A stretch of DNA of 63,227 nucleotides, filler included, from Chrysochromulina tobinii (GCA_001275005.1; 5 parts of 5 records of this genome joined end to end with filler, not necessarily neighbours in it), one strand, 5' to 3'; shown: positions 32,886 through 44,355, counted from the whole stretch's first letter. Numbers and translations: made by a program. The notes: a model not told the origin generated them from the sequence alone.

Positions 32886-34910
32886 CTACTGCGGACGCTC
32901 AAAGCTCGCCAGCGCTTCCATGGTCCACAGCAGCAAAGTGTCAGTGCGCACGCGGTACCGCACGACCCGTGACTCGGTAGCCAGCGAATTTGAACGCTGC
33001 GCCGCCAGCTGGTGTGGCCAGGGCATCGTTGCATCGATGTTCACCCCGGGCACATTCTCGTGAATCCAGATATATACGTACATGCCTCGCCGTACGAGGC
33101 CGGCTGCGGGATGCGACGTCGTGCGCTCGCCGACCGTCTGGCAATGGATAAGTGGGCGTGGCTCCGACCACCGAATGCCATCAATAGAGAAGGCTAGACA
33201 GATGCAGCCGCTGCCGTGGTGCACAACCGGGAAGAGGGCTAGCAGGGAGCCGCTGTGAACCGGATTAGCTTGAACCGCAAAAAAGTACACGTCGCCGCGG
33301 GAGGGTCTGTAACCGTTGAGCTGAAGAAGCTGGAATGGTGCCCAGCTAATGCCATCTTCCGAAGAGGTCACCTGCACAAACCGCTGCCCGTGCTTGCCCA
33401 AGTTGGCACGCGCGTAGAGCCAAAAGCGGCCAACAAAGTACGCGAGCGATAGTCGGCCATCGTACTCACAAACACCCCGAGTAATCCATGGCAGCAATTC
33501 CGGTTCACGGCGCTCGTGGCATCCTGGTTGACGGCCGCTGAGCACCATGCGTGGATTGACCCATGTGCTGCTCTCCGCCTTCAACCCGGCTGGCAGCTTC
33601 GCTCGACCCGAAGTTGTGCTAACAGCAAGCTGGACAGCCTTGCCGTCACCATCAAGGCGATAGTGGATGCCGGCGGTGGACCTGCTCATCCATATGCCGC
33701 GCTCCCGCGGATCGGCCGGCCTGCATCCAGGCTGGTTGCGGGCAAAGATTCTGCAGCCGCGGTCGCGCCCACCCGCAAAATAGTAGGAACCGTTCAGGAA
33801 GAGAATGGCCAAGTTGTGCGTTGCTTTACCAGGTGCCCACATGGACGGCAGGACAAGCTCTGGGGCACCCCGGAAGTGCACGCCGTCGGCACTGCGCAGC
33901 GATCCGACCCACGTCTCCGTCACGTCGTCCTTGAACACGAGGCACAGCTCGTTTCCGCACGGCACAAACGATATGTAGCGCCAACTGCGCAGCAGCGCTA
34001 TCTGCGCCGTTGCATTTGCATCGGCACCTGGTCCAGGGCGCGGACTTGGCCGACGCCAGTGGGGTGGCGCTGACCACTTCAAAGGCTTTGGCGCAACACC
34101 ATTTAGCAGTGGCGCGCCGCGGCGTGTGCAAATGGTTGGCTCGCTCGAAATGGAGGCGACACACAGCACCGCCTTGCCCTGACTGCTGTAGCTCGGCCTC
34201 GAGCTCACACACGTCGAATTGGTGAGCCACGCCGCGTTTACGAGCTCAGCCCAGCGTGACTGCCAGCAAGTGGCCCGTTGCGTACACTGCTCTCTGACCA
34301 GGCAGTCCCGTCGCTTGCACGCATGCCGACCTGCAGGTGGTACACGAAAGCGGAAGCACACGCCACCAACGAGATACTCTTCGGCTATGCCACCAGCGCA
34401 CTGCGTGCCGCTCATCAGAACGACAGTGCGAAGCCTTCTTCGCAACTTGAGCGCCTGGGAGAGGCCAACAACAACGCCCTGCCGCTCCTCCGCAGTGCTG
34501 CGGTCAGCATCGATTGCGAGGACATCACAGCTCAGCCCGGTCGGTGGCTGTGCGGATCCATCAAAGAGACCATACAATGTGTCGTTCAGTGGCCGGAAGC
34601 GCAACCGCCCTGCAAACCATTTTTTGATGGTTGCGCGTTCCTCCTGATTGGAGGCGAGTGACACGACTGTTGCACCGGGATAGCTGCAGTTCAACACTTG
34701 AAGTGTCCGCCTCGATGGGCGGTTGAGTATGCATACGACGGTATCGTGCGGTGATTCGATCGCGTGCAGCTCCGCTGCCAGACGTACGACTGCTCGCGGC
34801 AATTTCTCCACGCCTATGCAGGCCATTCGGCATGACCGGTTCCGAGTTCGCCCCACCACGCGCACGTCCGGATTTGGAGACTTGACGAAACCCGAGGCCG
34901 GCATTCCCAT
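32886..34910 (-). CDS. Hypothetical protein with a C-terminal glycoside-hydrolase-like beta-propeller (Asp-box motifs)
   Basis: 674-aa ORF with SADGVHF, SEDGISW and SIDGIRW Asp boxes; EYDGRLSL...LYARAN. Confidence 0.6.
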   Translation of the reverse strand: MGMPASGFVKSPNPDVRVVGRTRNRSCRMACIGVEKLPRAVVRLAAELHAIESPHDTVVCILNRPSRRTLQVLNCSYPGATVVSLASNQEERATIKKWFAGRLRFRPLNDTLYGLFDGSAQPPTGLSCDVLAIDADRSTAEERQGVVVGLSQALKLRRRLRTVVLMSGTQCAGGIAEEYLVGGVCFRFRVPPAGRHACKRRDCLVREQCTQRATCWQSRWAELVNAAWLTNSTCVSSRPSYSSQGKAVLCVASISSEPTICTRRGAPLLNGVAPKPLKWSAPPHWRRPSPRPGPGADANATAQIALLRSWRYISFVPCGNELCLVFKDDVTETWVGSLRSADGVHFRGAPELVLPSMWAPGKATHNLAILFLNGSYYFAGGRDRGCRIFARNQPGCRPADPRERGIWMSRSTAGIHYRLDGDGKAVQLAVSTTSGRAKLPAGLKAESSTWVNPRMVLSGRQPGCHERREPELLPWITRGVCEYDGRLSLAYFVGRFWLYARANLGKHGQRFVQVTSSEDGISWAPFQLLQLNGYRPSRGDVYFFAVQANPVHSGSLLALFPVVHHGSGCICLAFSIDGIRWSEPRPLIHCQTVGERTTSHPAAGLVRRGMYVYIWIHENVPGVNIDATMPWPHQLAAQRSNSLATESRVVRYRVRTDTLLLWTMEALASFERPQ

Positions 34911-35124
34911 TAACTTCCCATCCTAATAGCGCGTCGGGGTGTATTGCGCATACTACTTGTACAAGAGTCCTCCACACCTTGCTTAATATCTGTGTATGGT
35001 ACCTTGGTAGATGCAAGATGGTACGGCCCCGCAGGGCCAACGGCCGTACTGACGCAGTACATTGTAACGGCGCCCCGACGCGAGACTGCTCTCTCGAACT
35101 CGATCACTCTGACTCTCGACCGAA

Positions 35125-38100
35125 CTACATCCTGAACTCCCTCGGCGACCCAACCGCATCCCGTGGCTCTACCCGCAGCGGCCTCTGCATCTCTTCCTCG
35201 GTCATCTCCACGTAGCGACGGAAGTGTTGCGCGACAGTAGCCTCGCGCCGCTCAGCCGATGCGAGCTGCTCGGAGAAGGCCTCCGCCTCGCGCTCGAGGC
35301 TTTCCTTGGCCGCCTGGACGCTCGCAAGCTCGGCGCGTGCTCTCGCCGCCTCCTCCTTGGCGGCGGCCACCGCCGCCCCCGCCTGCTCAAGCAGCGCATT
35401 CATCGTGCGCACCTCATCGAGGTCGTACCGCGGAAGCTCGTGCGGTGCCACCTGCTTCTGCTCGGTCTCGGTCTCGGGCTTGGCCGCCGCCGCCGCCGTC
35501 ACGGAGGAGCGCGCGGCCTCGGCGAGCTCCCTCGCGTGCAGCAACTGCTGTTGCTGCATCTGATGCTGGTGCTGGTGCTGCTGCTGCGCGAGCGCCTGCT
35601 CTAGGCGCGCCTCGAGCTGCTCCTCAAGCTGAGCACGCACCCGAGCCTCGGGCTCCGAGCGCTCGCGCATCTCCTCGAGTTCACGGCGCATCCGCTGACG
35701 CTCGAGGGCCGCGACGCCCGCCGCCTCCGCCGCGCGCACGGTACGTCGCTCGGCCTCCTCCTTGACCCTCGCGAGCTCAGCAACCAAGGCCGCGTGTGCC
35801 GCTTGCGCCTCGCGTAGCTGCGAGCGGTCGCGCTCGGTCGCCTCTGCGCGCACGCTCAGCTCGTTGTGCTGCTTGGCGAGCGTCGCGTGCGCCGCGTGCG
35901 CCTCCGCCATGGCCGCCTCCGCCTTCTTGCGCGCGGCCACCGCCGCCGCCTCGGCCACGCGCGCGCGCTCAGCGTCCGCGCGGCTGCGCGCCAGCTCGGC
36001 CTGCGCGGGGCCGCTCGCCTTTTGGGCCGCTTCGAGGGCGAGGCGTAGCTGGATCGCTTCGGCACGCCGCTCCGAGGCGACCTGCTGCTGCTCGAGCAAG
36101 GCGGTGTGCAGCTTGCCCGAGCGTAACCGCAGCTCCGCCTGCACCTGCTCCGTCTCGGTGCGTGCACTCTCCGTCTCGGTGCGAGCGTGCGTGACCTCGC
36201 TCTTGAGCGACGCGAGCTGAGCGCGCAGCTTCTCCTCGGCAAACTCGGCCGCGCCGAGCCGCGCGCGCCATCCCTCGACCTCGGCCGCCGCCGCCTCGGC
36301 CGCCCGCGTCGCGAGTGCGTGCTCTGAGCTTCGCTGCTCGCGGCTCGCAGCGAGCGCCGCCTCGAGCGCGCGCGCGTCCGCCTCCACGGTGGCGCTCACC
36401 TTGCGAGCGCTCTCGCACTCGGCGGCGGCGGCGTCCCGTTCCACCGCCGCGACGTGCGCGCGCTCCTCAGCGTCGCGCAGCTCGTGACGCAGTCGCAGCA
36501 CGAGCTCATGCGCGCTGTCCGAGTCCTCGTGCGCCATCGCGAGCGCCGCGCGCAGCCGGCCATTCTCCTGGAGGCTCTCCTCGAGGCTCTGCTGCACGTC
36601 CATCAATCGGCATGCGAGCGCCTCTGCCTCCACCTCGGCGCGCACCTGCGTGGGCAGCGCGCGCGCCGTGCCGTCGAGCAGCCGCGAGCGCGGTGATCGC
36701 AAATCCTCGCGCAGCCGCCGGTTCTCCTCCTTGTACAGCCGCACAGCCGCCTGCTGCTCTGCCGCCTCCGCCTGCACCGCCGGCACACGCGCGAGCGCCG
36801 TCGCGAGCGCCGCCTCGGTGTCGCGCAGCTCGCTGAGGAGCAGGCGCAGCGCCAGCCGCTCACCCTCGCCCTCTGCACGCGCCGCTGCCGCCTCTGCGAG
36901 TGCACCGGCCGCAGCGGCGCGCTCTGCCTCAAGGCTCTGACCGAAGATGGTTCGCTCGGCCTCAAGGCTCTTGACGAGCCCCTCGGACTCAGATCGCGCC
37001 TCGGCGAGCTGCGTGCGCGCCGTCTCGAGCGCCGCCTGCCGCCGCCGCTCCTCGAGCTGAGCGCTCGCCGCACCGTTGCGCGCCTCGTCGAGAAGACGCC
37101 GCAGCCGCGCCGCCTCAGCCGCCGAGTCGGCCGCGCTCTCGTGTGCCATCGTGGCCGCCCAGCGCACCCCTTGCACGGCCACCGCGCTCGCCGCAGCCGT
37201 GGCATCGACGGACGAGGCGCGGACGGTGTCGAGCTGTGCACGGAGCGCCGCACAGGTGTGCGCGGCCTCCTCAGCCCGCGTCTGCGCCTCGAGCAGCTCG
37301 GCTTGCATTCGACCCGAGCGATGGCTGAGCTGCTCCTCCGCGGCGGCCGCGCGTGTGGCCTCGGCCTCGGCGTGCGCGCGGGAGGTTGCAATCTCGGCGT
37401 GCGCGCGGGAGATCTCCATCTCGGCGTGCGCGCGGGAGGTTGCAATCTCGGCGCGCGCAGCCTCCGCTGCAGCGCGCGCGGCCTCCGCCTCCGCGCGCGT
37501 GACGTCGGCGTGGGCCAGCGCAGCCGCCGCCTCCGCTTGAGCGGTCGCTGCCTCCGCGCGAGCTCTCGAAGCGAGGGCCAGCGCGGCCTCCGCCTCCAGG
37601 TGATTGGCGCCCGCCTCGGCGCGCGCCGCCTCGAGCGCGTCCAAGGCGACCCGCAGCTGCGCACGCAGCTCACGGAGCACCTCCGGTTCGGCGTTCGCCT
37701 CGGGCTGTAGGGCCTCGGGCGCCATCGCGGGCGCCTCGGGCGCCATCGCTTCGGGCGCCATCGCGGGCACCATGCGCGCCTCGGGCGCCGCTGTGGTTCC
37801 CTTGGGAGCCTCCGATGGCGCCATCGGGGGCGCCGGCGGCGGCATCGGGCTCAGAGCGGCATCGCTCGTGGGCGGCTCCACGAGCTTGGGTGGCTGCACC
37901 GGTACGACGGCGCCCTGCAGCGCATCGAGCTGGGCTTGGAGCGAGGCGATCTCGGACGACCAGGGCACGGGGCGCGGCAGCTCCGCGTGCGGCGCCGACA
38001 GCGCGGCGGCCACGGGATCGCACTCACGCGCCTCCTCCTCTCGAGTGGCCCAACCTCCTGCGCAACCTCGCGCGCGCGTGCCCACGTCGTGTGTCCCGTG

Positions 38101-40617
38101 CGTCAGAGCTGGCGCCGTCTTGGGCGGCTTGGCCCGTTCCCACCTCGAGCGCGTGGTGTGCTCGTCTGGCAGGGGCTCGATGCCGAGGGCTGCCTCGTAC
38201 CGTGTGAGCAGCCCGCGACTCGCCGGCCCCGGCCGAGGCAGCGGGTGGGAGCGACTGGGGCAGACGGGGGCAGCGAGGGGGGCGGAGTCGGACGGGGGCA
38301 GGCGGTCGGGTACGTTCGCGCCGGAGCGCTCGTTGGCAGCGGCCCACTCGAGATCATCGAGGTGCACGCCGTGCTGTGCGAGGATCGAGCGCACGCGGGC
38401 GGAGCTGCCGTGGATGCCGTGGCTGCTGCCCCGTGGCGGCGTCGCGTTCAGCTCCTCCGAGGTCAGCGGCGAGTATGCCTCGTCTGCCTCGTCTGCGGCC
38501 GTCGCGGCATGCCCCGCGGCACGCTCGGCAGAGGCGGCGGCGGTCGCAGCCGAGGCGGCGGCGCGTGCCGCCGCCGACGCAACCACCGCCGCCGCATCGA
38601 TCACCTTCGCTGCCGCGGCACTCGCGATCGCGACGGGGAGGCGGCGCGCCGTCGTGGGCATCGTCGGGCCGGCCTGCGCAGCGTCATCGAGCGTCATCGC
38701 CGCACTTTCGTGCAACCAGCTCCCAGGAAGGCCGCTCAGAGGGTTCGCTTTGGGGGTCATCCCCTTGTGCCTTGTCGGTGCAGCAGGCTGTTCTGTCTCC
38801 TTCCTAGGGTCAGCCTCCTGCGCGAGGCACGCGGAGATGGCCCGGATACGCGCACGCCGCGCGCTTGACGCACGTCGATTGCTCAGCCGGCCGGCGGGCG
38901 GCGATCGGCAAGAGCTATCCGGTGCCGACGACGCGGCGACTCGACCTGATGGCGGCTCCCGCGCCGCTCCCGCACCCTCGACGCCGAGCAGCGCAGGCTT
39001 GTGCGCGTCGTAAGGTTGGAGTTTGGCGGTGGGCAGGTCGGCGGTGGGCAGGTAGGCGGCGGGCAGGGAGGTGGCACATGGGCGCGGCTTGGTCGGTGGG
39101 GGCGCGGCCGCGCCGGGCACCACGACGTACCCAACGCCCGCCACGCCGCCCGCCGCGAGGCCTGCTGCTGCTGCTGCTGGCGGTGGACGGTGCTGGTGCT
39201 GGTGCTGGTGCTGGTGCTGATGCTGGGGCTGGGGCTGGCGGGCGCCGCTCTGGTTCCCGCGCGCGGCGTGGCGGCGCGAGGCTGTGGGGCTGTGAACGTC
39301 CCTACGCTCGAGTACCTCTAGAGGTTTCAGATCGTGGGCCGCCGTCCACCCGCCAGTAGCCACAGGACCGTCATCGAGGGGCCGCCACTGCAGCGCCACC
39401 GGCTCGTCAGGACGCTGCTGTGGGTACTGCTGCGCCGGAGGAGTTTGCTGCTGCTGCTCAGGGCCGCTCGGGCCCATCGACGCCGCCTCAGAAAAGTATG
39501 CGTGCTCGAGTAAGGCGGCGGCGGCCGGGCGGCGGCTAGCCTCCTTGGTGAGCGCAGCGTGCACGAGCGCGCGCAGCGAGGTCGACCAGCCGCCGCTCAG
39601 CTCTGACGGGACTTCGAGGGGGTAGCGCTCATCTGCCAGCCAGCGCAGGAAGGCCTGCAGCGGCGCCCACACCGGACGGCGAGCGCGGCCACCGACCACG
39701 CCGTCGTACGATTGCGACGGTTGCTTGAGAGTGCCCACGGCCAGACGTGCGTACGCGTCTGCAGTGAGCGGTCGAGAACCGAGCAGATCGAGGCCACGCA
39801 GCGTGAGCGCCCACACGTCCATTGAGGGCACGAGCGGCACGCTCGCCGCGCCGCCGAGCAGCGCGGCCGCCATCTCGGGAGCCAGGTAACACGCAGGCGG
39901 CACCACCGCCGTCGCCTCGTCAACTGGTTGCGGCGCTCCGTCAGCGCTGCCAAAGAGCAGGTGCGACAGCTCTGAGGGCGAAGGCTCCCAGCCCACTGGG
40001 CGTAGTCCTGTCGCCGCGATGCACTTCCACGTCTTCCCGAAGCGCATGAAGTCGTGCAGCGAGTGACGCGCCAGCACCAGCCCGCAGCCGTGGAGCTGCG
40101 CCACAGTCGTAAAGAGCGCTTGGACGGCGTCGCGCACCTCGGCGGCACTGAGGTGTGCGGAACCGAGTTCTGCGAGCGTCACGTCGCCCAGCTCAAGGGC
40201 CAGGTAGCAGCACCCGTCCTCAGCCTGGGACGGCCGCATCGCGCCATCGTGCGAGTAGCCGAGTAGCTGCTGGACAGCCGTTGGGCACGAAGGCAAGTGG
40301 CACGCCCAAGCGTTGGCCTCATCGACATGCCCCTCGTGCCGGTCGCAAGACAGACGCTGGAGAGCAACGGCCTCAGTGGCGAACTGGCGGCGCATCAAGT
40401 CGCGCGCTGGCTCATCGAGCGTGGAGCCATCGAAGACCTTGATGGCCACAAGCCGCTTGGTCCTGACGTCGCGCGCCCGGATGACTGGGCCGTAGCGGCC
40501 GTGCCCAAGGATGCGGGGCGCCTCGCCGATCTCGTAGTGTTCGATGAGTCGCCGCGTTCTGGGCGTTGGCGGCAGGACCGCCGAAGGCGCCGTCCAATTG
40601 GTTTGCTGGATGGACAT
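35125..40617 (-). CDS. Pseudokinase + long coiled-coil protein
   Basis: 1830-aa ORF. GHGRYG, VAIK, YLAPE and DVW are present, HRD and DFG are absent. About 850 aa of Ala/Glu-rich heptads follow. Confidence 0.8.
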   Translation of the reverse strand: MSIQQTNWTAPSAVLPPTPRTRRLIEHYEIGEAPRILGHGRYGPVIRARDVRTKRLVAIKVFDGSTLDEPARDLMRRQFATEAVALQRLSCDRHEGHVDEANAWACHLPSCPTAVQQLLGYSHDGAMRPSQAEDGCCYLALELGDVTLAELGSAHLSAAEVRDAVQALFTTVAQLHGCGLVLARHSLHDFMRFGKTWKCIAATGLRPVGWEPSPSELSHLLFGSADGAPQPVDEATAVVPPACYLAPEMAAALLGGAASVPLVPSMDVWALTLRGLDLLGSRPLTADAYARLAVGTLKQPSQSYDGVVGGRARRPVWAPLQAFLRWLADERYPLEVPSELSGGWSTSLRALVHAALTKEASRRPAAAALLEHAYFSEAASMGPSGPEQQQQTPPAQQYPQQRPDEPVALQWRPLDDGPVATGGWTAAHDLKPLEVLERRDVHSPTASRRHAARGNQSGARQPQPQHQHQHQHQHQHRPPPAAAAAGLAAGGVAGVGYVVVPGAAAPPPTKPRPCATSLPAAYLPTADLPTAKLQPYDAHKPALLGVEGAGAAREPPSGRVAASSAPDSSCRSPPAGRLSNRRASSARRARIRAISACLAQEADPRKETEQPAAPTRHKGMTPKANPLSGLPGSWLHESAAMTLDDAAQAGPTMPTTARRLPVAIASAAAAKVIDAAAVVASAAARAAASAATAAASAERAAGHAATAADEADEAYSPLTSEELNATPPRGSSHGIHGSSARVRSILAQHGVHLDDLEWAAANERSGANVPDRLPPSDSAPLAAPVCPSRSHPLPRPGPASRGLLTRYEAALGIEPLPDEHTTRSRWERAKPPKTAPALTHGTHDVGTRARGCAGGWATREEEARECDPVAAALSAPHAELPRPVPWSSEIASLQAQLDALQGAVVPVQPPKLVEPPTSDAALSPMPPPAPPMAPSEAPKGTTAAPEARMVPAMAPEAMAPEAPAMAPEALQPEANAEPEVLRELRAQLRVALDALEAARAEAGANHLEAEAALALASRARAEAATAQAEAAAALAHADVTRAEAEAARAAAEAARAEIATSRAHAEMEISRAHAEIATSRAHAEAEATRAAAAEEQLSHRSGRMQAELLEAQTRAEEAAHTCAALRAQLDTVRASSVDATAAASAVAVQGVRWAATMAHESAADSAAEAARLRRLLDEARNGAASAQLEERRRQAALETARTQLAEARSESEGLVKSLEAERTIFGQSLEAERAAAAGALAEAAAARAEGEGERLALRLLLSELRDTEAALATALARVPAVQAEAAEQQAAVRLYKEENRRLREDLRSPRSRLLDGTARALPTQVRAEVEAEALACRLMDVQQSLEESLQENGRLRAALAMAHEDSDSAHELVLRLRHELRDAEERAHVAAVERDAAAAECESARKVSATVEADARALEAALAASREQRSSEHALATRAAEAAAAEVEGWRARLGAAEFAEEKLRAQLASLKSEVTHARTETESARTETEQVQAELRLRSGKLHTALLEQQQVASERRAEAIQLRLALEAAQKASGPAQAELARSRADAERARVAEAAAVAARKKAEAAMAEAHAAHATLAKQHNELSVRAEATERDRSQLREAQAAHAALVAELARVKEEAERRTVRAAEAAGVAALERQRMRRELEEMRERSEPEARVRAQLEEQLEARLEQALAQQQHQHQHQMQQQQLLHARELAEAARSSVTAAAAAKPETETEQKQVAPHELPRYDLDEVRTMNALLEQAGAAVAAAKEEAARARAELASVQAAKESLEREAEAFSEQLASAERREATVAQHFRRYVEMTEEEMQRPLRVEPRDAVGSPREFRM

Positions 40618-40956
40618 CGAAAATTCGAGAGCGCCGGTCCTGACGTTGATGACACCAACAATCCATGAAGCGGTTTGAAGTAGTACCTCGTGTGCAAGCT
40701 CGTGGCTTTACACACCCGTACATTGGGGTGCAGTACCAACGGCTGTGTACACGCTCTGTGCACTGCGTGCTGACGTGAGCAGCTCCCGGACCTTCACCGG
40801 GCATCTCTCACCCGGGGCCCGCGCATCACCCGCCAAGCTCAGCTCAACACGCTCAAGCTGCCGTCTACCACCTCGAGCGCACGCTCCACATTCATGCGCA
40901 TCCCTCCCTCCTCCACATCCTCCTCCAGTCGTACTCCATCCGAAGCACATGCATGC

Positions 40957-41706
40957 CTACAGAGCTTGCTTGGCATGAAGGACCTTGGACATGTACGACT
41001 GCGCGCACGAGAGCAAGCGAGAGCTATGGTTAGACATGTAAAGCATGTAAAGCTTATGAGGAGTTTGAGGCGTGGGTAGCCCGCTGATTGCAGCGCCACT
41101 GTAGGGCACCCGAAGACGCCGCACGCCGGCGCAATAGGGCAAGCGCGTACCACAATGCCCGCGTTGTTGTCGCCTACGTCCAGTACACGGGTGTCGTTGC
41201 CATAGAAGTTGCCATTCGTCGTCCGGTAGGTCTGGAAACCGGCGGGCGTGTTGCCTGCTTTGAAGAAGTCATAGGTGTGGTTGTTGCGCGGGAAGCAAAA
41301 GCGCGCGCGAGGAATCGGCGCGTTGTCGAACACGACCGGGAGACGGTTGCGGATGGCGAGGGGGTGGTAGGGCGTTAGAGCCTGCTTCATGTTGGGGTCC
41401 TTGAAAGACTCGCCCATGGTGCTGCGTGGGGGAGGGGAGGTGCGATCGGTTCACGGTAAGTACTTGACGCGGTACACAGCCTCGCGCGCGCGCGCGCGCG
41501 AGCCTGGAGCCTGCTGCGCAGTGGCTTTGAGCGAAATGCAACAACCGGCGACGCCATTACCTCGTGTTGGCCTTGCTGTTGGTAGGGCCGCCATAGCTCT
41601 TGGGAATCGTCTTGTGGCAGATCGCCATCGTCTCGCCATTCCGCTTGTACACGCCCTTCGAGCTGTTGGTGCGGCTTTTGAATCCAGAACCCTCGGTTTC
41701 AGCCAT
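40957..41706 (-). CDS. Small 3-exon protein, possibly ciliary (exons 41706-41561, 41421-41151, 40998-40957)
   Basis: GT-AG introns 41422-41560 and 40999-41150 (CTAAC branch site in the latter) give a continuous ~150-aa frame MAETEG...SYMSKVLHAKQAL. The ciliary role is only a compositional guess. Confidence 0.65.
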
Positions 41707-41927
41707 GCCGCCCAAGACCGGCCCGCAAGCACAACACAACAGTCGCGATCCGCTTGAATGATGACGAATGTCATTGGACGTTATCCCACAGGTACGACGT
41801 CGACTCGAAACGTCGACACTCGAGCGATGTCACTAGGAAAAAACTGAGAACGTACCAAAATCAGAGGACTTCGTTTTGACTTGACTTGTCTTGTCTTCCC
41901 CGCCAAAGTTCTTCATTCACGTCGCCA

Positions 41928-44060
41928 ATGTCGAGCGGATCGTCGAGCGCGAGCGGCGAAATCGGCGTGGGGCTGCGCAACCTCGGCAACACATGCTTCA
42001 TGAACACAGTGCTGCAGTGCCTCGCGCACACGCCGCCAGTCTTTGCGTACATGCGTCGACAGAACCATGGACAAAAGTGCCTCCATCGAAAGAATGAGGG
42101 ACAGAATGGGCCCACACCTGCGAAATTCTGCTCCGCCTGCGCCTTGGAGCAGCTTGTGAACCAGATGTACAGTCGCGGCGCGCAGCCGTTATCGCCCAAG
42201 CTTTTCGCCGACAACCTGAAGGTGTTTTCCAAGGCCATCCAGCTCGGGCGGCAGGAGGATGCACATGAGTTCCTGCGCTGCCTGCTCGACAACCTCACAC
42301 TTCACCTCGGCCAGGTGCCCTCGGTCGTGAAGAAGGAGGGCTCGAAGCATACGGTCGTGCAGTCCTGGTTCCAGGGGAAACTGCAGAGCACGATCAAGTG
42401 CATGGGGTGTGGCGCCGAGTCGCACACGCTCGATCCCTTCCTCGACTTGTCCCTCGAGCTGCAGGCGGACGGTGGCGAGCTGTACCGAAGCGTCGAGCAG
42501 GCGCTCAAGGGCTTCACCAAGACCGAGCGCCTCGACGGCGACAACGGGTACAAGTGTGATGTGTGCAAGCGTATGTGCCGTGCGACCAAGCATTTCCGCA
42601 TCCACTCGCTGCCCAAGGTGCTCACCATCCACCTGAAGCGCTTCTCCTTCTCATTTGGTCATAGCGGCGGCTCGGGCAAGATCAACGCGCCCGTGCTCTT
42701 CGAGAACGAGTGCGATATAAGCCCTTTCACTGTCGATCGTGAGACAGCCAAATACTCGCTCTTCGCGGTGGCCGTGCACCAGGGCAGCAGCACGCACTCG
42801 GGACACTACTACGCATTTGCTCGCGCTCCGGTCGCGCCGTACCCGCCCGGCGAGGCCAAGGCACCTCCGGCGTCCTGGTACATGTTCAACGACTCCAACG
42901 TGCGTCGCGTGAGCGAGAGTGACGTGCGCAACGCGGGCGCTTACATACTCTTCTACTCGCTCAACGATCCCGCCGCCTTCCGGCGGCTGGCACCACCCTT
43001 GCCAACGGCCAACAGCGGCGCTCCAACGGCGGCGACGGCAGCTCACGCAGCTGACGTGCAAAGCGGCCAGAGTGGTCGACTTTCACCGCAGCTCACCGGC
43101 CTACAGATCGGGCCGCAGATCGGGCCGCGGATCGGGCCGCAGATCGGGCCGGTGCCACGACTGGACAGCAGACCGACGGCCTCATACAGCGTCGAGGCTC
43201 CGTCCATAATCCCCGCGCTGCGGCCGAGCACGGCTACAGAGGCCATTGTTCACGGCAGCCACTCTCGCACGCCCATTGGCAGCCACGACGAGAATGCAGG
43301 TTTAGGTACGAGTGGGTCGTCACCCCCCAAGGTGGAGGCGGCTTCGCCGCACGCGAACAGCACGCGGACAGCAGCAGCACACGCAAATGGTGTCGCAGCG
43401 ACAGACGGGCCGTGCCTAGATGCTGTGAACAGGAAGCACTTGCCTGCTCCCGGCTGCACGCCTTGGGGCGGAGGCACTAAGCGTAGCTTCGAGGAGGCGA
43501 TGGGGATGGAGAGGTCCCCAGCGAGCTCTCATCTCGAGCGAGCTCGAGCGAGCCCCGGGCTTTCCGAGTTGGGAGGCCAAGCGGTGAGCGCCGCGGTGAG
43601 CGCCGCGCTCGCCATCCCACGAGACAAGACGAGCGGTTCGGAGCTATCCGCGTCTGGGCAGCAGCGGCTCGCCCAGCTGCGCGCGGCACCGCAGACGCAG
43701 GAACACCTCTCAAGCTTAGGGCGCAACCTCATCTCAGCGATTGGGGAGAGTGACTGGTGGGCGGAGACGGCACGCGCGCTGCATCATGACGCAGTGCGTA
43801 TCGTGACAGAGCTTGCCCCGGCTCGACCTACCGACGCGGCAGAGAGAGCTCAGCAGCATGCGAAGCTGCGCGCGAAGCTCGATGGCGGCCTGCTCGATCA
43901 GACCAACTGCCAGCGGCTGCAGACCTTGTTCCTCGCCAGCTACAAGCAGCTGAAGCAAGAGAATCGCTTTGATCCGGTGAGCCAGATCCAGCAGCTCAGC
44001 GAACTGTGCAAGCATGTCCTGCAGCAGGCGGGGCACCGAGACGTCGAACCAATTCGTTGA
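41928..44060 (+). CDS. Ubiquitin-specific protease (peptidase C19, USP36/42-like)
   Basis: GLRNLGNTCFMN Cys box, QEDAHEF, HQGSSTHSGHYYA His box, FND. Confidence 0.93.
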   Translation: MSSGSSSASGEIGVGLRNLGNTCFMNTVLQCLAHTPPVFAYMRRQNHGQKCLHRKNEGQNGPTPAKFCSACALEQLVNQMYSRGAQPLSPKLFADNLKVFSKAIQLGRQEDAHEFLRCLLDNLTLHLGQVPSVVKKEGSKHTVVQSWFQGKLQSTIKCMGCGAESHTLDPFLDLSLELQADGGELYRSVEQALKGFTKTERLDGDNGYKCDVCKRMCRATKHFRIHSLPKVLTIHLKRFSFSFGHSGGSGKINAPVLFENECDISPFTVDRETAKYSLFAVAVHQGSSTHSGHYYAFARAPVAPYPPGEAKAPPASWYMFNDSNVRRVSESDVRNAGAYILFYSLNDPAAFRRLAPPLPTANSGAPTAATAAHAADVQSGQSGRLSPQLTGLQIGPQIGPRIGPQIGPVPRLDSRPTASYSVEAPSIIPALRPSTATEAIVHGSHSRTPIGSHDENAGLGTSGSSPPKVEAASPHANSTRTAAAHANGVAATDGPCLDAVNRKHLPAPGCTPWGGGTKRSFEEAMGMERSPASSHLERARASPGLSELGGQAVSAAVSAALAIPRDKTSGSELSASGQQRLAQLRAAPQTQEHLSSLGRNLISAIGESDWWAETARALHHDAVRIVTELAPARPTDAAERAQQHAKLRAKLDGGLLDQTNCQRLQTLFLASYKQLKQENRFDPVSQIQQLSELCKHVLQQAGHRDVEPIR

Positions 44061-44355
44061 TGTCATCAGGAAGTCAGGATGCGCACCGTAGTGCACACGT
44101 GAGGACTGGCCGGGCGTGGCCCTGGCCGGGGGAGGGCGCGGCGGCGTCTCGTCTCTGGGCGTCTGCCGTCTGACCTCTCGGCGCCGGGCTCGGGTGCGCG
44201 CGGGCGCGCCCGGGCCGGCGCCCCGCGAGCGCCCGCGACGGGTCGTCGGCGGGTTCGTCTTCGTGTAAATAACAAATATCGCTCGTTGGTCGTCTATACA
44301 CTATAGGTCGTCTATCGCAAATGTTGACGTGGACCTTATCATTCTCAGAACAGCT

